From Macrostomum lignano (Eukaryota): a DNA stretch of 64,000 bases. The notes beneath the pieces were generated by a model. That model ran no database searches, was not told where the DNA came from, and saw nothing but the letters and a program-made list of their open reading frames with translations. The position numbers were made by a program, and so were the translations under genes. Shown piece after piece: positions 23,926 to 36,752 of this stretch. The stretch covers positions 145,315 through 209,314 of the forward strand of contig NIVC01002050.1 in the NCBI GenBank assembly GCA_002269645.1. The letters are read 5' to 3'. The stretch's first letter is position 1; each line of letters starts with the position of its first letter.

Positions 23926-24574
23926 ACCTATATCTCTGTGAACCTGCACGCGCACGGTCTAGGGACCAACCTGAGAATCTCGCACAGTTACAGGGGCTAT
24001 GGAAAAAGCAAAGAAAAGCTATTTAAGCTTGTCTGGGACCACCCACCGGATTTCTTCTCATCAGCAAAAAGGGGCAGGGAGGCAGAATGCGTCCAGCTCT
24101 GAGGCTCTGTGTGTCGCTCGGACACTCCCCGGTGAGACCTGCGGCCCAGCAGTGAAAGCTGGCCTTGGGCCAAGCATAAGCCACTTTCATTGGAGCAGCA
24201 AGTGCAGCTGCAGAGAGGCGATGAAGCCCCTGGCTGTCAGTCAGTCAGGCAATTATACTGGCAGGTTGAACTCGGCTTCCCACACTTTTGCCACCCGGCG
24301 CTGAAGCTTGCGATTCGGCCGTGTTATTTTTAGCGTGAGAACTGCCTCACTGTTATTAACTAAAATGCGCTTATTTGAGCACACACTGGCTTCAGCTTTT
24401 AATAGCACAGTTTTAATAGCATTTATGATGCAGATGGCAAGGTGACTGCAGCTCTTTACAGCTGATAATTTATTTTGGGGGTGCTCAAAACAAATTATAC
24501 TTACACTTGAATGGCATAGTTTCATTCTTCAGATTAAATCGGTACGCTTCGGGTTCAGAATAGCAGTTTCCGGT

Positions 24575-25080
24575 TCAAAATGGTAGCTTCAGGTTCAAAA
24601 TGGTAGCTTCAGGTTCAAAATGGTAGCTTCAGGTTCAAAATGGTAGCTTCAGGTTCAAAATGGCAGCTTCAGGTTCAAAATGGTAGCTTTAGGTTCAGAA
24701 TGACAGCTTCAGGTTCAGCATGGCAGTTTCAGATTGAACATGGCAGCTTCAAATTCAACATGGCAGCTTCAGGTTCAGCATGGCAGTTTCAGATTCAACA
24801 TGGCAGCTTCAAATTCAACATGGCAGCTTCAGATTCAACATGGCAGCTTCAGATTCAACATGGCAGCTTCAGATTGAATATGGCAGCTTCAGATTGAATA
24901 TGGCAGCTTCAAATTGAATATGGCAGCTTCAGATTGAATATGGCAGCTTCAGATTCAACATGGCAGCTTCAGATTGAATATGGCAGTTTCAGATTGAATA
25001 TGGCAGCTTCAGATTCAACATGGCAGCTTCAGATTGAATATGGCAGTTTCAGATTGAATATGGCAGCTTCAGATTCAAAG
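24575..25080. repeat. 20-bp minisatellite with a left-to-right variant gradient
   Basis: atggtagcttcaggttcaaa -> atggcagcttcagattcaac -> atggcagcttcagattgaat. Confidence 0.95.
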
Positions 25081-25899
25081 CAACATATTAATACGCTCGT
25101 ATTAAAAATGAGAGTTTGAAATAAAAAAATGGCGTCTTCAGGTTACAAATGGCACCGTCTAAATTAAAAATGAAATTAAAAAAGCAATAAAAAGGATATA
25201 CTTATAAGCAATTAAGAAATACGCTAAAATATTGCAACAATTTAAATTGACGCCAAAAATAATAAAAATTGTCAAATAGTAATAAGATTCTAAAACGCCA
25301 TTTTTTGACAAATACGGCTGCCTTGTTCACCCTCAGCAACCCTAGCAAGTGCCGGAACGGAGGTTTCCGGTCAGATAAATTTGCTCAAGTTTGGCCACAA
25401 CTGCCAGCGCCTGTGCTCACACAGCGGCAGCTCAGCAGAACAAACAGCCTCAGCCGAGCAAGCAGTGGAGCAAACAGTGGAGCAAACACTGCATGCACTG
25501 GGGGGTGCACCTCATCGCAGCACCGCACCAAAGTGTTATGATCATCTGCTGGCCAACTGGCAGAGACAGTTTGAAACACGAATTTCGCGCGCTTTTGCAG
25601 GTAACACAGCATGCCTCCCCCCCCCCCCCGGTTCCGTGCTCAATGCGATTTCGTCTGCTCAAACTTTCTTCTCCCTGGCAATTGCTGAGCGGCAATGCAT
25701 TTTCACTGTTGCGTAACAGCTTGTCTCTTAATTGCTGCTCAGTTTTTGTAGGCTAAAAAGCATAATTGTGCCTTTCGGGTAATAATGGGGGAATTTTGTC
25801 CTGGCTCTTGAATTACACAGCTCAAGGTGTGTTTCTGCAAATATCAGTATTGGTACCTCTGGACGGATAGGAGCGGGTGGGGCGGATCGGGGCGGATAA

Positions 25900-26330
25900 G
25901 AGTGAATCGGGGTGGATGGGGCGGATAGGGTGGATAGCGCGAATGGGATAGGGCGGATGGGACGGAAAAGGTAGTTTAGGGGCGGAATCGGTGGTGTAGG
26001 GGCGGAATCGGTGGTGTATAGGGGCGGAATCGGTGGTGTAGGGGCGGAATCGGTAGTGTAGGGGCGGAATCGGTAGTGTAGGGGCGGAATCGGTAGTGTA
26101 GGGGCGGAATCGATGGTGTAGGGGCGGAATTGGTGGTGTAGGGGCGGAATCGGTGGTGTAGGGGCGGAATCGGTAGTGTAGGGGCGGAATCGGTAGTGTA
26201 GGGGCGGAATCGGTGGTGTAGGGGCGGAATCGGTGGTGTAGGGGCGGAATCGGTAGTGTAGGGGCGGAATCGGTGGTGTAGGGGCGGAATCGGTGGTGTA
26301 GGGGCGGAATCGGTGGTGTAGGGCGGATAG
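25900..26330. repeat. 20-bp G-rich minisatellite
   Basis: (ggggcggaatcggtggtgta)n; degenerate ggggcggat units at the left edge. Confidence 0.95.
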
Positions 26331-28659
26331 GATGCTCCAAGCAAGTGCGGATGTGTGTGCACAGTGAGGTGTCCAAGGCCAAATCTGTCCAGGATTTTAA
26401 GATCTGTTAAAAGGAGCTTGCATGTGTAGGCATTTGGACATTCAAACATTCTCAAAGTCTGAAAATGCCGCTACAATTCCAGCTTGAGCCTCAAGTCCCA
26501 TCATCCCCAAATTCTCATGCTCTAATGGCGATTTCAGAGGCTGGGAAGTGTTAAGTGTTTGGGTTACTGCCGTTGCGTGTGTGCGGGTGGGGGAAATTCC
26601 ATTAATTATAAATGGGATCGCCCGACAGGACAGGAGATGCATGCAAATAAATGCAGCTAAAAGGGGCGGAGAAGTCAAAAGTTGACAGGACTATAAGGAG
26701 ATATCTTTTGTTCAAATTAATTTCACTCAACGGACCGTCAGTAAATAGCTGTGCTTACTATCTCACACACCCGACCACCCAGCCTCTCCATCGCCTCCCA
26801 ATCTGACTGGTTGGCAATTCATTTTGCCCAAGCAGTGAGGCGCGAGTGTAAACACAAGGGATCTGTAAGTAGTTCGCTATCCCCCGGTCTGCAAAAAAAG
26901 GAATCCCATTATTATTCTGGGAGGCAAATGTGCAACGCAATTGCATCTTATCAATTTGAAAGTGACCGATCGCTGACAGTTCACGTTGGCCCGAATCAAC
27001 ATCGAGTTTGAGGAGGCCCTGGGATGATACCTGCTGACAAGTTGAGCAGGCAGTTGTGAATAAATTTTGTTTGGCTTCAATCTTGACCTGACCAGCTTAG
27101 TTAATCCAGCTGTCCAGATTGAAAGCTTAATCCTTGGGCCAGGCGTGACTGACTGATGGGGAGATGAGGCTTCCTAGTCAGCAGCTTGGTTTTTCGGTCA
27201 GCAACAGAGTTGCGACACCTCCTCCACTCTGATTGGCATCGGCGCTACACAAAGGAAATGCGTGAATTTTGGCACATTTTGGCGCATCGATGTTGAAGCC
27301 CGCTGTTTGATAAGAGGAGCTCGGGAGCAGACTTCACGGCAGCGAGCCGAGATCTCCCGCTGCGAGGGAATCTGTCAGCTTCGGGAGGATCAAGAGAGAT
27401 AAGAGACAAAGTCTCAATACGATTTTTTAACAACTGCTGAACTCGCTTGCCCCCCATATCGTACATGTAGTTGATGGCGCAACTAGCGAAGATACGCCCC
27501 ATCCCTGCGGATCTGAAATTACCAGCTTAATAAAATGACTCAAATTAACTGAGCAAAGTATGGACCGAAGACCAAAACAGCAGAGATAATTTTATTATAG
27601 AAAACTTGGCCTGCAACCGGGGCTGCTCTCTCACCTCTGATTTAGCATCTGCATGCGCAACAATGGTTTAAATAATCTTTCAAGCTTGTTCATCCGGCCC
27701 TAATAAAACAAACTGCGCGGGTGAAAGTGATCTGTGCTGGGCGAGAGGTTCTCCTTTTTTGGTTAATTGGCCATGCAGTTTTTGAGCATAAAATAGAGAT
27801 AGCTTAATTAACAGTATTGAGCACTCGCCGCCTTTGCCAAAACTCTTGGGTAGGTGCGAGTATGATTGTTGTTCCTGAGTCAGTCTCGTGTGTCCTACGC
27901 GCATAGCAACTGAGATGCTCATATTGCTCTCCAGACGGTTAATCCCTTATGCCCGTGCTTTATGACTTTGCATTTGCACAGCTGGGAGACACGGCGCTTT
28001 GTCTTAAATAGCATCATCATCACTCCTCCGCTCAACCTCCGAAACATGGCCCGCCTGCGGTCGGTGTGTAAAATATGAATGCTAGCAGCCACAGTAATAT
28101 TCTGTATATCGAACAATTGACTCAGACTTTCTGCTCAATAAATGACGCATGCAGTCACGCAGCGAGGCGTGTTGGCCAGCGCTGTCCAGGCGATCTGCTC
28201 GATGGGGTTGAGCAGTTCAGCCCTTTAACTGCGCCACTCTGTTACTTTCCGCTGCTCCAGCTCTTGTCTGATTTAACTTTTTTATTCCTAAGGATCCGTT
28301 AACTGGGCCAGCAGCGCTAATCAGTTCTGGCAGAGTTCCACACAATTCGATGATGATGGCCGTTGAGGACCTACCAGTAATTTTAAAAGTTTACATTGTG
28401 ATGTTGCACACATGTACATGAATGAGTGCATGAGGTATGCCGCAAGACATATTGACCCGTGTCAAAGAGTTGTTTGGTTTAAGTTGACTTTAGATCAACA
28501 AAACTACCAATTAATGTTTTTAAACACACTCAAGCGTTCGGTCCACTTAGCCACTGGTTCTCACTCGTCGAACAGCGCCTGACTAAAGTGCTTTGCTCAA
28601 TAGGGGAATATTTAAATACTTAATGTTGGGAAGAACGAAAATTGACTGCGAAAGATTTT

Positions 28660-28740
28660 GGTTTGGGTTAGGGTTTACGAGCTAAGGAGCTAAGGTTTAG
28701 GTTAGGTTTAGGTTTATGAGGTTTGGGCTTGGGTTTCGCC
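28660..28740 (+). repeat. Degenerate TTAGGG-like tract
   Basis: ggtttgggttagggttt...ggtttaggttaggtttagg...ggtttgggcttgggttt. Confidence 0.45.
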
Positions 28741-29764
28741 GTCAATCTGTGGCAGCCGATTGTCGCAGACCCTCAATACCATCTGTCATTGACCCCCCTG
28801 TCTATAGTCCTGACTAGAAAGACGGATGGGATGTTTCGTTTCTTAGAAAATCTTTGACAATTGGCTCCGTGCAGAAAAAATTCGGAATTAGGATTTCTCT
28901 TTTTTCTCTTAAAATTACGACCGGCTTTTATAAGACCAGAGATTAAATCATCTGTTTAGCATATGCTTTGCCTCTTTTGCTGCTTCATTGGATTCTTTTA
29001 AAAGCTTACTTTCTGGGAAATAGCCTTAGCACAACAGTACGTTGGCCCTTGACGCGAACAAAAATTTATTGCTCTTTTTTAGTGTAAAAACAACATAAAT
29101 TCATCTAAAGCAAATTAAAAATGCATTTGACTGAATTTATCCTGTGAAAAATCCGTTTTTATTTTTTGTCAACTGACAAAGATGGATTAGTTGCATGTTC
29201 TAAATTTACTACTATCAGTAGAATCTAAATGTTAAATAGCCTAATATTCCAAGTGTGCATGTATGAATAGTTGAAGCCTAATATGAGGCCTATAATGATG
29301 AATTGCTATATTTTCTTAAGTCGATGTCTGCAACAATCAGCGCGCGCGACGGCAGAAATTTTGTGTATTTGAAAATTTCCATAAACTTATACAACTCTGT
29401 TGACAGACGTGGCAGCGGAAAGAAGGTAAGGAAAAATACAATGAAAAATTCCAGATTCTGCACAGCGAGCACAATAGAACTACATACATGCCAGACCCCG
29501 AACAGTCCAACAGCAAATGAAGAGTGCAAAAAGAGGTTAAAAAATCTCAATTGGGGGCGCGCCAATGACAAACATGGATAAAAAATGTGTACTTTATCTA
29601 TCCCATACCTAGATTTTGATGTCTCATTTCCTCATGAGACAATCGAGTAATTTTGCTTACGGTATATGCAAAAAGGAAAGCAGAAACAGAAATACGTCTC
29701 ATTTTGTTATTGTGCGGCCTATAGGGCACGAAATAGGCAGGCAGCTTGGACATACATCAGTGAA

Positions 29765-30694
29765 TCAGTAGGACATGACGCTCTGTACACTCTTGTAGTT
29801 GCTGGAGTTGACAGACCTGGTCACGTTCTGGTGCAGCACCGAAGTCTGAAGTGTGGTCTTCGGGCCAGAGTTGGGCACGAAGGTCTTGCCGGAACTGTTC
29901 ACCACTTGCACAGGTCTGGTGAGCGACTTTTTCTGATACTTTTCGCTCGAGTAAGTCGGGAAGCTGTCGAAGGTTCCCGCCTTCATGCCGCCGTCCTTTT
30001 TGCCAGGATTTGACGGCTTGAACGGCCTGGCGATCGGTTCGGCTTTGGCCTCGGATTTGGTCAGCGCCGAGCCGCCTTTGTACGGATTGGCGTCGAAGAA
30101 GTCAGCCGGGTGAGTGCTCAGCTTGAATGCTCCTTTGCCAGCCACCTTCTGCTTGTGCTGTTCATTCTCTCGCTTCTGAATGTCCTTGTACTTTTCATAG
30201 GTGTCGCTCTTGTAGTCCGGATACTTGTTCAAAGTCACGAAGGCGTAACCGTAGCCGGTGCCCTTCTTGGGCGGATTTGTCAGAATGTTTTTTCCCTCGG
30301 GTGCAGCCTTGCCTTTCGATGACGAGAAGGCATTGAAATATTGTACAGGTCCAGAAAATGTTCCATAGTGGCTTCCAGTACCGCTGCCTACTTTCGGGAA
30401 GCTAGTGGGGTTCCAGCTCCGGGAAAGGTTCCGGGAGCTTGCTTTCTGTCTCTCCTGACGCCGAGTCTTGATAGGATCAGAGTAGCCTTCGCCTTCAAAA
30501 ACACGACCAAATTCAGACATGTATCCTTGCGACAAGCCAGACTTCTTTTTTGTTCCTCCAGGCAGCATTTGTCGACCTTTGTAAGCAGATGTATTAAACT
30601 GGAAGTTGCCTGGATTCTTGTAGGGATCGCCAACTGTATGGTAGGACATCTCCTTAAAGATGCCAATCCGATCCATATCTGATTTTGTTCCCAT
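29765..30694 (-). CDS. CFAP96: Cilia- and flagella-associated protein 96 (C4orf47/UPF0602), 309 aa, single exon
   Basis: N-terminus KSDMDRIGIFKEMSYHTVGDPY; NILTNPPKKGTGYGY; PFKPSNPGKKDGGMKAGTFDSFPTYS motifs typical of C4orf47. Confidence 0.92.
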   Translation of the reverse strand: MGTKSDMDRIGIFKEMSYHTVGDPYKNPGNFQFNTSAYKGRQMLPGGTKKKSGLSQGYMSEFGRVFEGEGYSDPIKTRRQERQKASSRNLSRSWNPTSFPKVGSGTGSHYGTFSGPVQYFNAFSSSKGKAAPEGKNILTNPPKKGTGYGYAFVTLNKYPDYKSDTYEKYKDIQKRENEQHKQKVAGKGAFKLSTHPADFFDANPYKGGSALTKSEAKAEPIARPFKPSNPGKKDGGMKAGTFDSFPTYSSEKYQKKSLTRPVQVVNSSGKTFVPNSGPKTTLQTSVLHQNVTRSVNSSNYKSVQSVMSY

Positions 30695-30849
30695 CTTTGA
30701 TGTCTACTAAGTTAAATAGCTACAAAAATGACAGTATTTTACGAATCTGCCAATGAGAAGCAAACTAATATTTCTTCCAAATGGTGCGAAGAAGATAAGA
30801 GCAAATTAATGAGCAAAAGCTTACATTCAAAACAACTTATGTTTCAATG

Positions 30850-30863
30850 GTGTCCATAGAAAA
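30850..30863. promoter_or_regulatory. Candidate RFX X-box upstream of CFAP96
   Basis: GTGTCCATAGAAAA matches GTNNCCATRGNAAC at 13/14; about 155 bp upstream of the ATG. Confidence 0.4.
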
Positions 30864-31908
30864 AATGCTTAGCAGCCGTACGCCTTTAATATTAAAAGCA
30901 TACCAAGCATATTTACTGTATCTTATTTTGATTATAAGCCCGTTATTGCAGCTGTAGAAGTATTGAAAAATTTATTTTGTTATTTCTCATAAAATTTTTT
31001 AAACTGGCACGTTTTCAAACTGTTGACTAAACGGGATCACGTCAAAATTACAAAAATAAATAACCAGCTTAATAAGTGCCAGCCGTCCTTCTCATGTTTG
31101 CCTATATCAATTGACTTCAGAATCTGGTTGTCAAATTTTATTTAATTTTAACTTACAATGCAAGAGCAGCTTTATTATTAGAATTTTAAGTGAGAATATT
31201 AGTCTAGTCTATGATTATGAGTTTTAATTAAAAACACGAAATGTTCAGTATTCAGTATAAACTTGTCTTAATTAAATTATTCAGGCCGACGTTCTTATTA
31301 GTATATTTATATCGCAGTAATAATCGCATGGCTGTTATGATGTTTTAATTATATTATATAGCACCTAGCGGCTAATGTATTTTTAGAAGATAGGGGCATA
31401 CTTTATTTAGGTTTAGAAAAGACCTAGCTAGATATTATAAATTTAAAAGGATCCAAGATTTTTTGTCACTATCACTATCATATCAGCCTAGCCCTTAATC
31501 AATAATAGTATAATATATCACCCCATCAATATCCCTCCTTCGCAGTTAAACCAAACAATTGTTTAGTTTCTAAATTTATTAGCATAAAGGAATTGATCAA
31601 AATAAAATTGACTACTATTGAATTTTTTGTAAATTAGGCCTAAATTGCTTGAAATAAATTATATGAATATATAAAATATATACTGTTGCTTTATCTTAAA
31701 AGTTTTTTGGCTACGTATAGGAGAAACATTTTTTCTTAACCTAAGACTAAGTTATTAGGAAATTAATTATCTATTTTAATAGTAAATTAATAATTTTGTT
31801 TTATAAATTATATTGAATTGAATTGAATTTATTATTCAATAATATTGTTAAAATATAAAATCCTCAATTTCCTAGTTTTAAAAAATATCTATATCTTAAA
31901 TATTTGCT

Positions 31909-32096
31909 TAGTAGTGCAACCAGAAACTTTTGAAGAGAGGGGGGGCAGATTCTAGAAAGTAAAGTCCTAGGAGAGGGGCAGAGGGGTGGCTCTGTTTTTG
32001 GCAAAAATTTGCTTGGTCCCCCCCTTTGATTTTTTGGGTCTTTGCCCAAGGGGGAGGGCAACTGTCTCCCTCCCACCCCCCTTGGTTGTGCCACTG
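31909..32096. mobile_element. hAT-type MITE (older, degenerate left TIR)
   Basis: Left TAGTAGTGCAACC vs right GGTTGTGCCACTG; perfect 8-bp TSD TATTTGCT at 31901-31908 and 32097-32104. Confidence 0.8.
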
Positions 32097-32161
32097 TATT
32101 TGCTTTATAAGTTAAGCCTACTTTTTGAGTATTTCTAACTAAAATAAATAAACTAAACCTA

Positions 32162-32196
<35 letters not shown>

Positions 32197-32837
32197 TATG
32201 CTTTGGCTATAGGCCATAATTTGGAAAGCAAAATGTTTGCCAGGATCCTGGTGTATAACAAGGGTCTTACCATTTTCAGCATACATTAGGGCATATCTTG
32301 GTATATATGACATAGCAAATACATTGTGTTCTTTGTATTGGCGCATAAATCTAGCATATAAACAAGGTCTTATCATTTTTTCTGGCATTAAACCCGTGTA
32401 CACTAATATGCAATCAAAACTGTAGGTTATAGGCCTTAGGCTTTTTATAAATTGAATATTAACTTGACTATATTTTTATTTCTAATATCAAATAAGCAAG
32501 CAAGCTAAATTATATATATAATATATTAGAAATTATATTTTAAAAATTAATAAAAAATTAACCTGACCAAAAAACCCCTTTAAGTCATTATATAAACTCA
32601 TTTATAATAAATGCAATCAAATTCCTAGTGTTTAAAGTTTCTATTTGTTATTTTTAAATTTTTCAAAAATAATGTAATTCAATATACATCTAACTTGTCT
32701 TAGACCAAAGACTAAAAAACAGTTTGCATATTGCCAAATTTTTATATATTTTGGAATTTCTGCTTCAATCAATCAAGTGTGGCAAAATCAATCAATTGGT
32801 TATTATAAAGATCAAGCATTAATTGCACTGCACAAGC

Positions 32838-35800
32838 ATGCAATTAAATGAGAGCAATGCATCAGCTGATCCACCATCATTGAGCAGTCCAGATAAATGC
32901 AGTGGTGTCACAGCACCTGTTCAGCTTGTAGCAGCTGCCTCATCTAAGCCAAATTTGTCTGGTTATAACCCACCAGCTAGACAGATTTCTGTGAAAATTC
33001 TTCCAAAATCAACTAGCCAGTCTGCTATAGACAATTCTGAGCAGAACTCTGGCCCTAGTAAGCTGACTCCGCCATCGCCAGGTGCCACTGCTCTGGAGAG
33101 TGGGAGGAAACCAACTAGCGAACAGCCGCCAAAGCCAGTTTTGAAAGTGACCTGCCAGCCAATGCCAACTCCAATTATCCAACCGAAAGTGCAGTCTGCT
33201 CCAGTTTTTAAAGTAACTTCTCAGCCAATCTCGGTGACAGCCCCTCAGCAGCAGCCAGCAAAACCTATTTTCAAAGTTGCCCGTCAGTCATTGTCAATTG
33301 TAAATCCCCAGCAGCAGCCGCAACGGCAGCAGTCAACAACACCCATAATAAAATTAAACTGCCAGCCAATGACTGTATCTCAGATGCGACAGCCTCAGCC
33401 ACAGCAGCAAGCAACGCAGTCAGGCAACCCCAGTAAGTTGCCAGACGCTCCACCATCATTTGGTAAGCCCAGCCAGAAGCGGCAGTCAAGAAAACAGCAA
33501 GTACTTGGCCAGCAGCAGTCCCAGCCTCAGGCAGGACAGCGCTCGTCTAAAACAGACTCCGCCATCATGTGGAAGCGACTGTCTGCGTCAGAAATGTTGA
33601 AGAAGCAGCAACAGTTAAAGCAGCAGAACAGCAATGAGCTGTTCCCGCCTGGTCCGTGCTCGCACATCTGCTCGGCCGCAGCGCCAGCGCATTCAGTAAG
33701 CGATAGCGGCGCTACATCAAAGCCGTGCGGGCCGCAATGTTTTCCTAGCGGTGCTCTTCCTAGCACAGAGTGCAAGCACTGCTACCTGTTGTTTCACCGG
33801 CGCTGCATCAAGTCCAACGATGCCAAGCGCCAAGGCCTGTGCAATTCGTGCTTGCAGAAGCAGCCAAGCCCAGCTAACAGCAACAGTACGCGCAAGAGAT
33901 CTCACAATAGCAGTGAAAATGAAAAACACGGTGGCACTGAAACAAAAGAGGACACCGAATCCTGCTCAAGTGCTTCCGCTAGTGCCGATTTTGAGCAGAC
34001 GCCAGCAAGCAAAAAAGCCAAAACGTCACTTAACACTCCCCCAGCTAGTAGCTCCACTAGGCCTCAGGTCTCAGGTGACCTTACTGAACCTGCTCAAACA
34101 GCTGCTAAAAAGCCACTTCAAATCTCCCTAGTCAGAGCCGTCTCCAAAGTGGACGGTAAGAAACCGGCCGACGCCGCTTCGCCGGAGCTAGCTGGCTACG
34201 GAAACAAAGCCAACTATTTTAGTCAAGTAGGCCTGACTAGCGGCCCTAAACTATCAATTAGTAGTGACTCCGGCAAACAGAAGGAGCAGCAGCAGATTTA
34301 TAAAATCCAACTAAATTCAAATGGCTCGAAGAGAACTTCCACTAATAAAACTAGTATTCCAGAAGCTAATTTGGAGCAAGAATCCGATGCAGATAAGGAA
34401 GCTGACAGTGCAACGCCGCTGACCCAAAAGAGGAAACCAGAAGTTCAAATGGCGCCCGCCGAGGCCCCTCGTCAAAAGCCGTCCACGCGCACCGTTAAAG
34501 TTCAAGCGCGCTGTCGATTCCGATTGAAAATGTCGGAAAAATTCGCTAAATACTACTCACCGCTCGGTAACATCTCAACGCTTAGTTTCCGCATTCTAGA
34601 GCGAATATTCGATCAGCTTGAACTGGCCGACCTACTTACCTGTCGCCTTGTCTGCTCCGAGTGGCGCCGTCTAGTTGACTGTCATCGCACCTTTTCCAGC
34701 CTGTGCCTGTCTAGCGACTGTTGCAGTACCATCAACTGGCGCCTGCTAGGCGATCAATTGGCTCGCTGCCAGACCCGCTCGTTGGATCTGCGCAAGCTGA
34801 GCGGCGCAGTCAGCGCCACAGCCGCCAGAGCCGTGCACGAGTCGCTCTGCTCGCGCAGTCTGACCAGCGTCCGGCTGGCAACTCTCGAGTCCGCCACCCT
34901 CGCCCGGCTGCTCAGCCTGGGCCGCCAGCTGGATCTCAGCTGGCTGGAGTTCACCATCAACTGCCTAGTTGACTCCGCCGAGCCGGCCGCTCCAGCCGGT
35001 TTCGATCTAGTCCAGTGCTTGCAATCCTTGAGCCGGCTCCAGCGCCTGTCTGTTGGTGCCACAGCCGGCCTTCGACTCGACTGTCTGGTGGCCAGCGGCG
35101 CCGAATTCCCGCTGACCCGACTGGCGCTCCGAAATCTGGCCGCCAATTCCCGGCCGCCGCCGGTGTTGCTGCCGGCGCTGGCCCGGATCACCGTCAGCGG
35201 GCAGTCCGCCTGTCTGGCCGCCTGGGTGGCCGCCGCGGCCGGTCGGGCCTGCCGTCAGCTCAAACTGTTGGGCCCGAGATCCACCGCCGATCTGGCCGAC
35301 CTGGGGCTGGCCTGGCGCGAGACTCTGGCCAGTCTGACTGCGTAAGTTCAGCTGCTCTTTGACTGGAGACACTGATGCATGGTCCTCAGAACAGGGGCGC
35401 ATCCTCTTTGGCAAAGACCTGAAAAAATTAAAGGGGGAACCAAGCGCATTTTCGCCAAAATTCAAACCCACCCCCCTTTTGGGTCTTTATCTTCGAGAAT
35501 CCACCCCCCTCTCAACAAATATATATGTACACAAATTAAACTGGAATGATCATGATGTATACAGAATACATGTACATGCATTATCGTTACAGTACCCATC
35601 AAGTTTTGCGTATACTAGCTTTATTAAATTGGCTATGCATGGTTGAATTGGTTTTCAATTCAATTAATTCTCAATTAGACATTTGTTTGCACCAGGTACG
35701 ATTTCAAATTCTGATACATCAGTTCGATCGGCTTTCGCCGAAATAACTTTCGCCCAAATGTCTTTTCGCCGATGTGACCTGCACCCGCGCGTAAAAGGTC

Positions 35801-36752
35801 CTCTGGACTGACACATACAGGGTCCTCAGAACTGACACATACAGGGTCCTCAGAACTGACACATACAGGGTCCTCAGAACTGACACATACAGGGCCCTCA
35901 GAACTGACACATACAGGACCCTCAGAACTGACACATACAGGACCCTCAGAACTGACACATACAGGACCCTCAGAACTGACACATACAGGACCCTCAGAAC
36001 TGACACATACAGGACCCTCAGAACTGACACATACAGGACCCTCAGAACTGACACATACAGGACCCTCAGAACTGACACATACAGGACCCTCAGAACTGAC
36101 ACATACAGGACCCTCAGAACTGACACATACAGGACCCTCAGAACTGACACATACAGGACCCTCAGAACTGACACATACAGAACCCTCAGAACTGACACAT
36201 ACAGGACCCTCAGAACTGACACATACAGGACCCTCAGAACTGACACATACAGGACCCTCAGAACTGACACATACAGGACCCTCAGAACTGACACATACAG
36301 GGCCCTCAGAACTGACACATACAGGGCCCTCAGAACTGACACATACATGACCCTCAGAACTGACACATACAGGGCCCTCAGAACTGACACATACAGGACC
36401 CTCAGAACTGACACATACAGGACCCTCAGAACTGACACATATAGGACCCTCAGAACTGACACATACAGGACCCTCTGAACTCAGAACGACTTAGAAGCTT
36501 CTCAAATTGTTCAACCATTGCTCCGCCTCATCCGACAGTCTGGAGTCGCTCACCATTGGCGTCGACCGGCTGCCGCTGCCGGCCCAGCTGGTGGACTGGC
36601 TGCCTGCCGGCCTGCCCAGCCTTATCCTGGCCATAGCGGCGGCCGCTGGCTGCGATCAGCAGCAGCAGCGAATGCATCAGCAGCTGACAGCTCGGCTGCT
36701 GGCACAGCAGCTGAGTAACCGAGGCACCAAGCTCACAGTGATTGGTCGCTGA
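32838..36752 (+). CDS. PHD-type zinc finger + F-box + LRR-like protein (KDM2/FBXL19-like C-terminal architecture); exons 32838-35341 and 36539-36752
   Basis: C..C...CKHC....H..C...C..C finger; F-box ISTLSFRILERIFDQLELADLLTCRLVCSEWRRLV; LxxLxL repeats; GTAAGT donor at 35342 and CAG acceptor at 36538 are phase-compatible. Confidence 0.8.
35800..36480. repeat. 24-bp intronic minisatellite
   Basis: (ctcagaactgacacatacaggacc)n. Confidence 0.95.

Noticed and set aside
27680-27922. MRVGHTRLT similarity to the I-clade LINE RLRIGHTRLTH motif
   Set aside because: Too short; no following zinc knuckle or upstream RT/RNase H motifs recognisable
31864-32403. 179-aa minus-strand ORF
   Set aside because: Runs through a MITE and a (TA)n tract in AT-rich DNA; no coding bias
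35386-35510. hAT MITE beginning CAGGGGCGCATCC
   Set aside because: No convincing right TIR or TSD found
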